Virus record (IMG/VR): IMGVR_UViG_3300032226_000229
Location: 1-48,087 of that record
DNA: 48,087 nt
Source: a virus
Lineage: Duplodnaviria; Caudoviricetes
Strand: one strand, 5' to 3'
Position numbers and translations under genes: made by a program. Under the pieces are notes generated by a model, which was not told the origin of the DNA, searched no databases, and worked only from the letters and a program-made list of their open reading frames with translations. Within the stretch, counting starts at the first letter, position 1; the number at the start of each line of letters is the position of its first letter. Of this stretch, positions 10,774-18,825 are shown one piece after another.

Positions 10774-10814
10774 TTGACATTTGCTTGACAGTATGTTATA
10801 TTACTGTGTAGACT
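10774..10814 (+). promoter_or_regulatory. Tandem sigma70-like promoters facing antisense into the baseplate operon
   Basis: TTGACA (10774)-N17-TATATT (10797) with extended TG; second TTGACA (10785)-N18-TAGACT (10809). Confidence 0.55.
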
Positions 10815-10829
10815 GTGATTTTAGATATA

Positions 10830-11408
10830 TTAAGGTGGAGGTAGTGGAAGAGTCTTAGCAACAGCAATTTCAGCATCTTGCAGTACATTTTTATCTTCTA
10901 GTGCTTTTATTCTTGAAAGCAATGCATTGAGCGTAGTGGTGTTTGCACTATCAGAAAGAATTAAATTAGTTTTTCCATTTAACGTTAAGTTTGTATCTGC
11001 TGAAATTTTAATTGATGCATTGTTCACATCCCATAAAACATCGTTTTTATTAACAACGTTAGCAAAGTTTCTAGTCAAACTTGATGGCGTACCAAAATAC
11101 TCAGACGCCGCCTCTGGGATTGCAGGAAGATATCCTAAAATCGCAGGCTCTTGTGCAGACAATGAATCTAAGAAAAATCCAAAAACCCATTCACCAATTC
11201 TAGGTGTTCCATAAAGGTTTGGAGTGTTTAGGGGATGAATAGTTAGTGCCCATGGCAAGTCTTCAGATGGAACTAAATTAGTTGACTTTGCAGGATGATA
11301 GCCAAAGCATCTCACTTTGCACCTACCCAGCGTCAAAGGATCGTTGATATCTTCAACAATTCCAATCCACCAGATAAACCCATCATGTCCTAAAAAATTT
11401 CTCATCAA
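10830..11408 (-). CDS. gp5: Short gp5-like baseplate spike (OB-fold, no lysozyme domain)
   Basis: GFIWWIGIVEDINDPLTLGRCKVRCFGYH..DLPWA..GEWVFGFFLD..AQEPAILG; only 192 aa. Confidence 0.85.
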   Translation of the reverse strand: MMRNFLGHDGFIWWIGIVEDINDPLTLGRCKVRCFGYHPAKSTNLVPSEDLPWALTIHPLNTPNLYGTPRIGEWVFGFFLDSLSAQEPAILGYLPAIPEAASEYFGTPSSLTRNFANVVNKNDVLWDVNNASIKISADTNLTLNGKTNLILSDSANTTTLNALLSRIKALEDKNVLQDAEIAVAKTLPLPPP

Positions 11409-11642
11409 TTATCTCACATTTTTAAAGTATTGGATTTGTCTCTCTTGGTCTGCAACCCATTCGTCTGATGGCTTGCCTTCGCCTTTGTAATAGCGCAATG
11501 GCTTACCTGTCTTCTTAGAGACTAACGCCCATCTGCCATCTACTTGCTTGAGTGTCTCAATCAATTCTGGACCAAAAACTTCTTCTTCCCACTCTTCAGT
11601 TGAAAGTGTGGTGCCTTGTATAAACTCTTTAAATTTTTTCAT
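11409..11642 (-). CDS. Hypothetical protein, possible capsid internal protein
   Basis: N-terminus MKKFKEFI resembles T4 internal-protein capsid-targeting sequences; LIE motif is a candidate processing site. Confidence 0.6.
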   Translation of the reverse strand: MKKFKEFIQGTTLSTEEWEEEVFGPELIETLKQVDGRWALVSKKTGKPLRYYKGEGKPSDEWVADQERQIQYFKNVR

Positions 11643-12589
11643 AGTCTGTCTAATTCTGATGTGTCTACTGCGCCCGGAGGAACATTATCTTTAATCCAAG
11701 TCAGTAATTGTTTTTTCACATCAAGTTCTTTCTTAGCAGGTTTTCCTGGTTCCTTAAGTACCAAATACTTAAAGTCTTTAATGACAGGATTGCCCTTCTT
11801 ATCTTTATATGCTTTACCTGTTTGTGGATCGACAATGAAAATTGTATTTTCTGGATTATTTAGAATGACGTAAACGCCGCCTTGAACGGATGGTGGCATA
11901 GATGTTGATACTAAGTTATATACAGTCTGTGCCGCACCCGCATGAGTGGCAAGTAAAATATCTTCTGGCACAACTCTTGCCCTTGATTTGTTGTTCTTGA
12001 TTGCAATCTGATAGTTAGTCAGAACCCATGATACATGAATGTTCTTTGGCTCATATCCAGCGGCAAACAGTTTTGGTAAAACATCCGTCATGTCGGAGAC
12101 TTCTTTGAATGTGCTGTCAAAAATAAGATTTGGTAATTGACCTTTTTCTGCGCCAGCAAGCATTAAGTCTAACGTCTTGTTTTTTACATCAGTTGCACGA
12201 ATGAGAACGTGTAAAATATATACATGAGTTGGCGTTTTCAAATCCAATTGACCCATCTTTAAATTCTTGTCAGTCAATTCTCTTTGAATAAGTTCCTTAT
12301 CTTTATCAGAAATTTTGTCACCATATTTGTCAAGCAAATCTTGAGTAGTAAATTTGCCAAGCGCATCTAGCTTTTGAAATGCAATCTTCAATTCATCAAC
12401 ATCACGTATTTTAAATTCAGACCCTTGCATAAAGTGTTTGATTGCAAATCCTTTACCCGAACCCGCACCACCAGCAAGGAACACAATCTGCCCGTACTTT
12501 GCGCCATTGTTGTAGAGAATTTGTTTCTCTACAAGTTGACTTGCTTTGTAGTCTTTTAAGTCTACATACTCTGAAAATTTAAGTTTCAT
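11639..12589 (-). CDS. P-loop kinase (AAA_33/zeta-toxin-like)
   Basis: Walker A VFLAGGAGSGKG, then DVDE, LIFDST and lid-like NKSRARVVPEDIL. Confidence 0.7.
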   Translation of the reverse strand: MKLKFSEYVDLKDYKASQLVEKQILYNNGAKYGQIVFLAGGAGSGKGFAIKHFMQGSEFKIRDVDELKIAFQKLDALGKFTTQDLLDKYGDKISDKDKELIQRELTDKNLKMGQLDLKTPTHVYILHVLIRATDVKNKTLDLMLAGAEKGQLPNLIFDSTFKEVSDMTDVLPKLFAAGYEPKNIHVSWVLTNYQIAIKNNKSRARVVPEDILLATHAGAAQTVYNLVSTSMPPSVQGGVYVILNNPENTIFIVDPQTGKAYKDKKGNPVIKDFKYLVLKEPGKPAKKELDVKKQLLTWIKDNVPPGAVDTSELDRL

Positions 12590-14076
12590 GTTGTCCTTTT
12601 ATTTCCTAATGCAGTTTTAATACTTGCTTTAATGTCTTCAAATGTGTCATCGTATTCGGTATACTTATCGAAATTTAATGGAGATGAACCTCTGCCCAAA
12701 TGCATTGTTTTTACATATTGTGTCGATGACATTGAATGTATTACTGTCGTGACAAGATATTTACCAGAGTAAACTGGATCAAGTTCAGGAAAAGCTGCCT
12801 GCGGATTTAACATAACAGAAATTTGACTTGGTGTTGCAAAGTTTACAATGTTGCCAACACCAATCGTATTTGTGCCACCTTGAATGTCTACAGAAATTTT
12901 AAACATACTTTTTGACAATTGTCCATAAATGTGATTGCCTAACCAAGATTCTCTATTGATAGATTCATTGATACTCGAAAGAATTAATTTTCTTCCTGGT
13001 GTTTCATTTTCAATATCATTGTAAGTATTAAAAATGTTCAATGTGCTAAACAATTTATTTGAATAGAAATCTTGAGTTTCGTCAGTATCATCTGAATAGT
13101 TTATTTTTTGAACTTTATGCGTTCTTTTAATCGGGTTGATTGACGATATCTTGCTGTTATAAAATCCCAATAGCATGCCATTCATATGATTAAAATTTTC
13201 TAATCTTTCATATCTAGACGCACGAATTGTAGCACCTTCAAATGTTGCGTCAATTTTCGGTGCAAAAACAATTGTTTTGGCTGGAACATTCTGTGCATCT
13301 TTTATTAGTTTTTCCACGCTCCCAAAATAATGAGAAGCTGTAAATGGTGTTCCATTTGGATAATTGCCGTAGATTGGAACAAATCGTTCAAAAAATACAA
13401 AATACTTATCTTTACTACATGATCTTTGCGCTAGATAGTCAATTACTTTGTGTGGAGAGACACCGGTGCTAATGAATGGAGATGTTAAAGTTATTTTTGG
13501 GTCTTCAGTAATCAGATCATTTAGACTCATTTCTTTATAAATTGAGGCGACAACTTCCAAGACTGTAGCATTCTTATAACTCTTAAACAAATTTTTCTTC
13601 AGCGAGTTAACTGCTGACTTTGATGTGAAAAATATATCAAACTTACTCAGCAAACTCAATGGCGAAACTGTATTCTTTGAAATTCTATGTACAATTAAAT
13701 CTTCTCTCCAAATGATAATGTCATCACTATTTGGTTTGCACATTTTCAATATAAGAGTTTCACCACCATGAATTACAAACTTCTCTAAGCCACCTGCGGT
13801 ATCAGTAATTGTCAATTGACCACTAATGCTTGACGTAAAAAGACTTTCTTCTACGACTAAATTTGAAAAATAACCTTTGATATCAATTTGATTTCCATCG
13901 CTCATCAATAACGCAATTTTTTTAATTTCAAATGTGCCGCCAATGTTATTTGGAACATTAGAATCTTTTTTTATATCAACTTTGTTGTCAGTTAATAGAC
14001 TGTTAGACGAACCAGAAATTGACGAGTCAATACTCTGCTCAAGTCTATTTCGAGTAGTTTGGTTTAAAATTGCCAT
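12586..14076 (-). CDS. Baseplate hub protein (gp27-like)
   Basis: ESLFTSSISGQLTITD, YFVFFE and YSGKYLVTTVIH motifs; lies between gp53 and gp5. Confidence 0.6.
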   Translation of the reverse strand: MAILNQTTRNRLEQSIDSSISGSSNSLLTDNKVDIKKDSNVPNNIGGTFEIKKIALLMSDGNQIDIKGYFSNLVVEESLFTSSISGQLTITDTAGGLEKFVIHGGETLILKMCKPNSDDIIIWREDLIVHRISKNTVSPLSLLSKFDIFFTSKSAVNSLKKNLFKSYKNATVLEVVASIYKEMSLNDLITEDPKITLTSPFISTGVSPHKVIDYLAQRSCSKDKYFVFFERFVPIYGNYPNGTPFTASHYFGSVEKLIKDAQNVPAKTIVFAPKIDATFEGATIRASRYERLENFNHMNGMLLGFYNSKISSINPIKRTHKVQKINYSDDTDETQDFYSNKLFSTLNIFNTYNDIENETPGRKLILSSINESINRESWLGNHIYGQLSKSMFKISVDIQGGTNTIGVGNIVNFATPSQISVMLNPQAAFPELDPVYSGKYLVTTVIHSMSSTQYVKTMHLGRGSSPLNFDKYTEYDDTFEDIKASIKTALGNKRTT

Positions 14077-14077
14077 T

Positions 14078-14608
14078 TTATCTCACTGGTTTGTATAATA
14101 ACGATCTCAACTCGGATTGAATTGCGCCAATTATATTTGGTCTGATGAGTTTAATTTTTGATTTATTATTATTTGCCCTCAGTTCGTATTCGTATATTGT
14201 CTCAGAACTTCTTGCTGAAATACTCAATGCATTGTATGTTGTCTCATCGATGATATCTTTGCTGGCATTATAGTAATATTTTGTTGTAGACAACGTAGTT
14301 GCAATATTGCCATATTTTTCAATTAAATAATTTTCAAAATCTGTACTATTCTTAGGCCATTCCTCATAGATGTTATAAATGTCATTCGACAATAAAATAA
14401 TCCAATCTAAATTCGAGTCGCCATAAAATTTGTGTGCAACATAGTCGGGTCTTTCTCCATTTTTAACAGTATATGGATTGAAAGAAATGCCTCGATATTC
14501 TTTTAAAAAACTTTTAATTTTAGTAGACTGCGTTATGTCAATTGCTCTCAGGTAATCGTATTCGTTTACCTTGTATGCTATTTTGGGGTATAGAGTAAAT
14601 ATGCTCAT
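14078..14608 (-). CDS. gp53: Baseplate wedge subunit gp53
   Basis: YTVKNGERPDYVAHKFYGDSNLDWIILLSNDI..EWP. Confidence 0.9.
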   Translation of the reverse strand: MSIFTLYPKIAYKVNEYDYLRAIDITQSTKIKSFLKEYRGISFNPYTVKNGERPDYVAHKFYGDSNLDWIILLSNDIYNIYEEWPKNSTDFENYLIEKYGNIATTLSTTKYYYNASKDIIDETTYNALSISARSSETIYEYELRANNNKSKIKLIRPNIIGAIQSELRSLLYKPVR

Positions 14609-15690
14609 TATAGTAATACCGTTCCGCTTAGATATTGTTGCGAAGCCTTAGGTGCAGTAATAAGGACAGACTCTCTTAATGAGATTGTCAAGTTAACGTC
14701 TGTTGGAAAATATTGACTATTGTTATTTTTGCCATCAAAGAATGTCATTTTATTTGATGAACCATAATCTACTGATACTGTTTCGATCATACAAAACTCT
14801 GATTTGAATAGCGAGACTATATCTCCGACACCGTTTTGTTTATGAAGAATTAATTCGAATACACACATGTCTGGATAACCAAACGTAAAAACTTGTCCGC
14901 TATTTTGAACAATTATATCTGCCGCAGACACATCTTCACTAGCTAATACTGATTGTCTATTTAAAAATTGTCTTAATGCTTCTTGAAACTCTGGATTTTC
15001 TTTACCACCTTCAAATTTTGTTTCATCTGGTGGTGGTTCACCACTTTTCGCCAAAGCGTCTGGATCTGCTCTTCTTCCGAGTGAGTCAATCGTACTATCA
15101 ATAGTTCTTGTTGTTCCTGTTCTAGGTGATGATGCAACTCGGAATGATGAAATAATCGACAACATAGTTTCTGCTTCATCTTTACTGTGTGGTTTCATAA
15201 TAAAAGGTAATTGAAATCGTCTAAATGTTGGACCCTGATAAATCAATTGTTGAAAGTTATTCAACATCACTCTTTGTAAAAATTCAACTTGAGTTTTTCC
15301 CGATTGTCCAGCACTCGCAACATACCCTGTCGCACCAGCAACACCTTGTACAATTTGTCTCTGAATACCTTCAATAAATGAATTACCCAATCTGCCTAAT
15401 GCCTTACCCCCTTCTCCATCAAATATGCTTGTGCCAGTTGGACTTCCCATGATGCCCTGTGCTTCTTGATAACCATTGGTTAACGTAGAATTAAAGGTGC
15501 CTCCAAGACGCACATAAATAGTTGGTGCGCTGGATCCTGATAAAGGAACGCCTTTAGTATCATAAAACGAGAATTTGGCCATTGGCACAACAAAGTCTTG
15601 GTTTCCATAATCTGAACCAAAAATTAGATTTGATGCTGATGGATATGTTGCGATGCCTTGTGGAATGCCAAATATAGCATCTGTTGTCAT
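14608..15690 (-). CDS. gp48: Baseplate tail-tube cap gp48-like
   Basis: YQGPTFRRFQLPFIMKPHSKDEA, FGYPD and PTDVNLTISLRE motifs; synteny. Confidence 0.75.
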   Translation of the reverse strand: MTTDAIFGIPQGIATYPSASNLIFGSDYGNQDFVVPMAKFSFYDTKGVPLSGSSAPTIYVRLGGTFNSTLTNGYQEAQGIMGSPTGTSIFDGEGGKALGRLGNSFIEGIQRQIVQGVAGATGYVASAGQSGKTQVEFLQRVMLNNFQQLIYQGPTFRRFQLPFIMKPHSKDEAETMLSIISSFRVASSPRTGTTRTIDSTIDSLGRRADPDALAKSGEPPPDETKFEGGKENPEFQEALRQFLNRQSVLASEDVSAADIIVQNSGQVFTFGYPDMCVFELILHKQNGVGDIVSLFKSEFCMIETVSVDYGSSNKMTFFDGKNNNSQYFPTDVNLTISLRESVLITAPKASQQYLSGTVLL

Positions 15691-15727
15691 TGCTACTCCT
15701 ATTTAAACTTTAAAATATAAACTATTT

Positions 15728-16171
15728 ATGTCTTACAAAGGTAAATTTAAACCTAAAAACTATCAAAAGTACAAAGGTAACCCAACAAATATTACGTATC
15801 GAAGTTTGTTGGAACGTAGATTCATGGTCTACTGTGATGAAACTTTATCTATACTTGAATGGTCTTCTGAAGAAGTTGTTGTGCCCTATGTGTCTCCTGT
15901 TGACAATCGTTATCACAGATACTTTGTTGATTTCTGGATGAAGTATAGAGACAAGAATGGAGAGATAAAATCTGTATTGATTGAAGTCAAGCCAGACATA
16001 CAAACACGCCCTCCAGTTAGAAAAAATACACCCAATGGTAAACCAACTAGAAGATTTATCAATGAAGTAATGACATGGGGTGTCAATCAAGCAAAATGGG
16101 AAGCGGCAACAAAGTACTCAATTGAAAGAAATTGGGAATTTAAAATCATAACCGACAAAGATTTGAGATAA
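15728..16171 (+). CDS. gp4: Head completion protein gp4 (TnsA-like endonuclease fold)
   Basis: YKGKFKPKNYQKYKGNPTNITYRS..WSSEE..RYFVDF..VNQAKWEAA. Confidence 0.92.
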   Translation: MSYKGKFKPKNYQKYKGNPTNITYRSLLERRFMVYCDETLSILEWSSEEVVVPYVSPVDNRYHRYFVDFWMKYRDKNGEIKSVLIEVKPDIQTRPPVRKNTPNGKPTRRFINEVMTWGVNQAKWEAATKYSIERNWEFKIITDKDLR

Positions 16172-16179
16172 ATAGAAGT

Positions 16180-16776
16180 ATGATATTCGACAATATACTT
16201 ATTCAAGGCGCTAGACAAGGCATCATTCCTGCAAGAACGGTTGCAGCCAGAGAATGGTACAGGTCAGCCGCAGGCAAATTAATGTCAAACATAACTCCTG
16301 GAGTCTTTGAGAAAAGAACCGATGAAGCAAGAAAAGTTTCGTCAATGGAATTTGGATACATGTACGCATTCAAGTACGATCCAAAAACAAAAAATGATTT
16401 ACCATATTACGATACATTTCCGTTAATCTTTCCTGTGAGAATGGATTCTGATGGATTCTTAGGAATTAACTTTCACTATTTACCTCCAGTGTTACGTGCT
16501 AAATTAATGAATGCATTGTATTCTACGTTGACAAACAAAAAATATGATGACACAACAAAAGTCAAAATCTCATACTCCATTCTACAGTCTGCATCTAAAT
16601 ACAGATATTTTAAACCAATGCTAAAGAAATATTTAAGAAGTCATGTGCGTTCTCAATTCTTAGAAGTGCAAGTCAATGAGTGGGACATTGCTATCTTTCT
16701 ACCAACAGAGTCTTTCAGAAAAGCAGACACAGGTCGTGTTTGGGAAGAGTCACGCAAACAAATAGGAAGAACATAA
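16180..16776 (+). CDS. gp2: DNA end protector protein gp2
   Basis: YDPKTKNDLPYYDTFPLIF..GFLGINFHYLPP..AIFLPTESF; GATAAATA late-promoter-like site at 16167-16174. Confidence 0.92.
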   Translation: MIFDNILIQGARQGIIPARTVAAREWYRSAAGKLMSNITPGVFEKRTDEARKVSSMEFGYMYAFKYDPKTKNDLPYYDTFPLIFPVRMDSDGFLGINFHYLPPVLRAKLMNALYSTLTNKKYDDTTKVKISYSILQSASKYRYFKPMLKKYLRSHVRSQFLEVQVNEWDIAIFLPTESFRKADTGRVWEESRKQIGRT

Positions 16777-16777
16777 A

Positions 16778-17353
16778 ATGGCAACAGCATCATTCAAAAT
16801 TTCAGAGTTCAAAACTTATGTTGGAAACTTAGTTCGTCCTAATCTTTTTAGTGCGACATTGCTTGGATACACTAAAGTTGTGGGTGGATTGACCGGCGCA
16901 CTTGGCGTGGCAAACAATGATATTACCACCACCTTTAAATTCAGATGCGAAAAAGCTGAGTTGCCTGGTCGCACACTCGCAACAGCAGAAGATGCAGTTG
17001 GTAGTGGTCCATCATTAAAACTTCCATATGATGTAACTTATAACGACATGACATTATCAATTATTTGTTCAACTGATATGAAAGAGCGTAAATTTTTTGA
17101 GGAATGGATGGATAGAATTATTGGGCGTGGGGGGCGTGGCAATGCTGGGCTTGTCTCGTATTATTCAGACTATGCATTAGGAGTATCACTTAAAGTGGAT
17201 CAATTGAACGAATCGGGAAATACTTTGTTTTCTTACACGCTACAAGATATATATCCAACAGCATTAACTCCTATGAATGCATCATGGGAAGAAACCAACA
17301 CCTATCAGCGATTTGGTGTAACACTTGCATATCGCTATCACACATATGAATAA
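16778..17353 (+). CDS. Tail tube initiator, gp54/gp19-like
   Basis: RPNLF, CEKAELPGRTL, ERKFFEEWMD and IYPTAL..FGVTLAYR motifs. Confidence 0.75.
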   Translation: MATASFKISEFKTYVGNLVRPNLFSATLLGYTKVVGGLTGALGVANNDITTTFKFRCEKAELPGRTLATAEDAVGSGPSLKLPYDVTYNDMTLSIICSTDMKERKFFEEWMDRIIGRGGRGNAGLVSYYSDYALGVSLKVDQLNESGNTLFSYTLQDIYPTALTPMNASWEETNTYQRFGVTLAYRYHTYE

Positions 17354-17400
17354 CACCAACACGATTTATATGTCTTTTTTAATTATCCGGAGAAAAAATT

Positions 17401-18141
17401 ATGAGTTTACCTAAAATTAATGCACCTATTTTTGAATTGATTTTACCATCAACAGAAAAATCAGTTAAATACAGACCATTCTTAGTCAAAGAACAGAAGA
17501 TTCTTTTGATTGCAATGGAGTCTGGAGATCAGAAATCTATGATGACTGCTATTAAGCAGATCATCAATAACTGTGCAGTAGATCAAGTTGACGTTGACAA
17601 ACTTCCAGTCTTTGATTTGGAGTATTTCTTTGTTCGTCTAAGAGCAAAATCAATTGGTGAAACTATTGATTTGAATTTGCGTCATCCAAACAGTATGAAT
17701 TCAAAAGATGAAATTTGCGAACACGTAACTAACAGCACATTAAATCTTTTAGATGTTGAAGTTCACAAGTCAATTGTGCATGAAGACAAGATTGTGTTGG
17801 ACGAAGAAACTAAAATTGGTATTAAATTTAAATATCCAACATCAGAGTTTGCCCTATCTATTGAAAATCCAGAAGAAATGAATCAATTGGATTTAGCAAC
17901 AGATGCTATTATCAATAGTATTGATTTCATCTTTGATGCTGATAATGTTTACAAACGTGAAGATCACACAAAAGAAGAATTAATTGATTTCATTGAGAAT
18001 TTATCACAACAACAATATGAAAAACTTTCATCGTTTTTTGAGACTATGCCAAAATTAAAACACGAAGTTACATGGAAATGTGCTGGATGTGGTCAAGAAG
18101 ATAAAGTAATGTTAGAGGGTCTTGCAAATTTTTTCGGATAA
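17401..18141 (+). CDS. gp26: Baseplate hub assembly protein gp26
   Basis: MSLPKINAPIFELILPS..YRPFLVKEQKILLIAMES..LRAKSIGE..FFETMPKL..LEGLANFF. Confidence 0.88.
   Translation: MSLPKINAPIFELILPSTEKSVKYRPFLVKEQKILLIAMESGDQKSMMTAIKQIINNCAVDQVDVDKLPVFDLEYFFVRLRAKSIGETIDLNLRHPNSMNSKDEICEHVTNSTLNLLDVEVHKSIVHEDKIVLDEETKIGIKFKYPTSEFALSIENPEEMNQLDLATDAIINSIDFIFDADNVYKREDHTKEELIDFIENLSQQQYEKLSSFFETMPKLKHEVTWKCAGCGQEDKVMLEGLANFFG
18129..18135 (+). other. Candidate -1 programmed ribosomal frameshift site T TTT TTC
   Basis: X XXY YYZ heptamer at the end of gp26; the -1 frame reads TTT CGG ATA ACA ATG into gp51; GAGGG SD-like motif 9 nt upstream. Confidence 0.6.
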
Positions 18142-18143
18142 CA

Positions 18144-18320
18144 ATGAGTCAAGAAAGTCTTATAAACTACTATAAGACTAACTTTACTCTGATGCAACAT
18201 CATAAATATACTTTAGAAGATTTGGATAATATGATACCCTTTGAGAGGGAAATTTACATAATGCTAATTTCTCAGCACGTAGCTGAAGAGAATGAAAGAA
18301 ATCAAGCACAACGTAGATAA
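18144..18320 (+). CDS. gp51: Baseplate hub assembly catalyst gp51-like (58 aa)
   Basis: Not in the ORF track; MSQESLINYYKTNFTLMQHHKYTLEDLDNMIPFEREIYIMLISQHVAEENERNQAQRR. Confidence 0.88.
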   Translation: MSQESLINYYKTNFTLMQHHKYTLEDLDNMIPFEREIYIMLISQHVAEENERNQAQRR

Positions 18321-18331
18321 GGGTATTGTAA

Positions 18332-18823
18332 ATGACTACACAAAAAGAATATATCAAATTAAGTGATAGTGAAAAGAAAAAAGAAGATTGGATGAACGCC
18401 AAATGGCGTCCAATGATGGGTTGGATTTATATGCTAACCTGTGTAACAGACTTCATTATTTTTCCTATTCTTTGGTCTATACTACAAGCCTCTCTGAAAC
18501 AACCTGTGACTGCATGGCAACCAATCACTCTGCAAGGCGCAGGTTTATTTCATCTCTCTATGGGTGCTATTATTGGTGTTGCGGCTTTCGGTCGCACACA
18601 AGAAAAACTAGCAGGCGCAAACAATGGCGGAATGCAACCTGTAGGACAAAGCGTCACAACAACATATGGCTCTCATGGTTCAATGGGAATGTCATCGCCA
18701 TCGTCATTTAATAGCACTTCATCAAGTATGGGTGGCAACTCTATGGGGATGTCAAAGCCAATGGGCGGAAAATCAGCACGATTTGCAGAAGCCGATCCAG
18801 ACTCTGTGTTTGACAGAGGATAA
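18332..18823 (+). CDS. Holin-like membrane protein (3TM/GTA-holin-like)
   Basis: WRPMMGWIY...transmembrane segments...GRTQEK pattern, followed by a Ser/Gly/Met-rich tail. Confidence 0.6.
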   Translation: MTTQKEYIKLSDSEKKKEDWMNAKWRPMMGWIYMLTCVTDFIIFPILWSILQASLKQPVTAWQPITLQGAGLFHLSMGAIIGVAAFGRTQEKLAGANNGGMQPVGQSVTTTYGSHGSMGMSSPSSFNSTSSSMGGNSMGMSKPMGGKSARFAEADPDSVFDRG

Positions 18824-18825
18824 TA

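Noticed and set aside
15728-16171. TnsA-like fold suggesting a Tn7 element
   Set aside because: Sequence and position next to gp2 identify it as head completion protein gp4.
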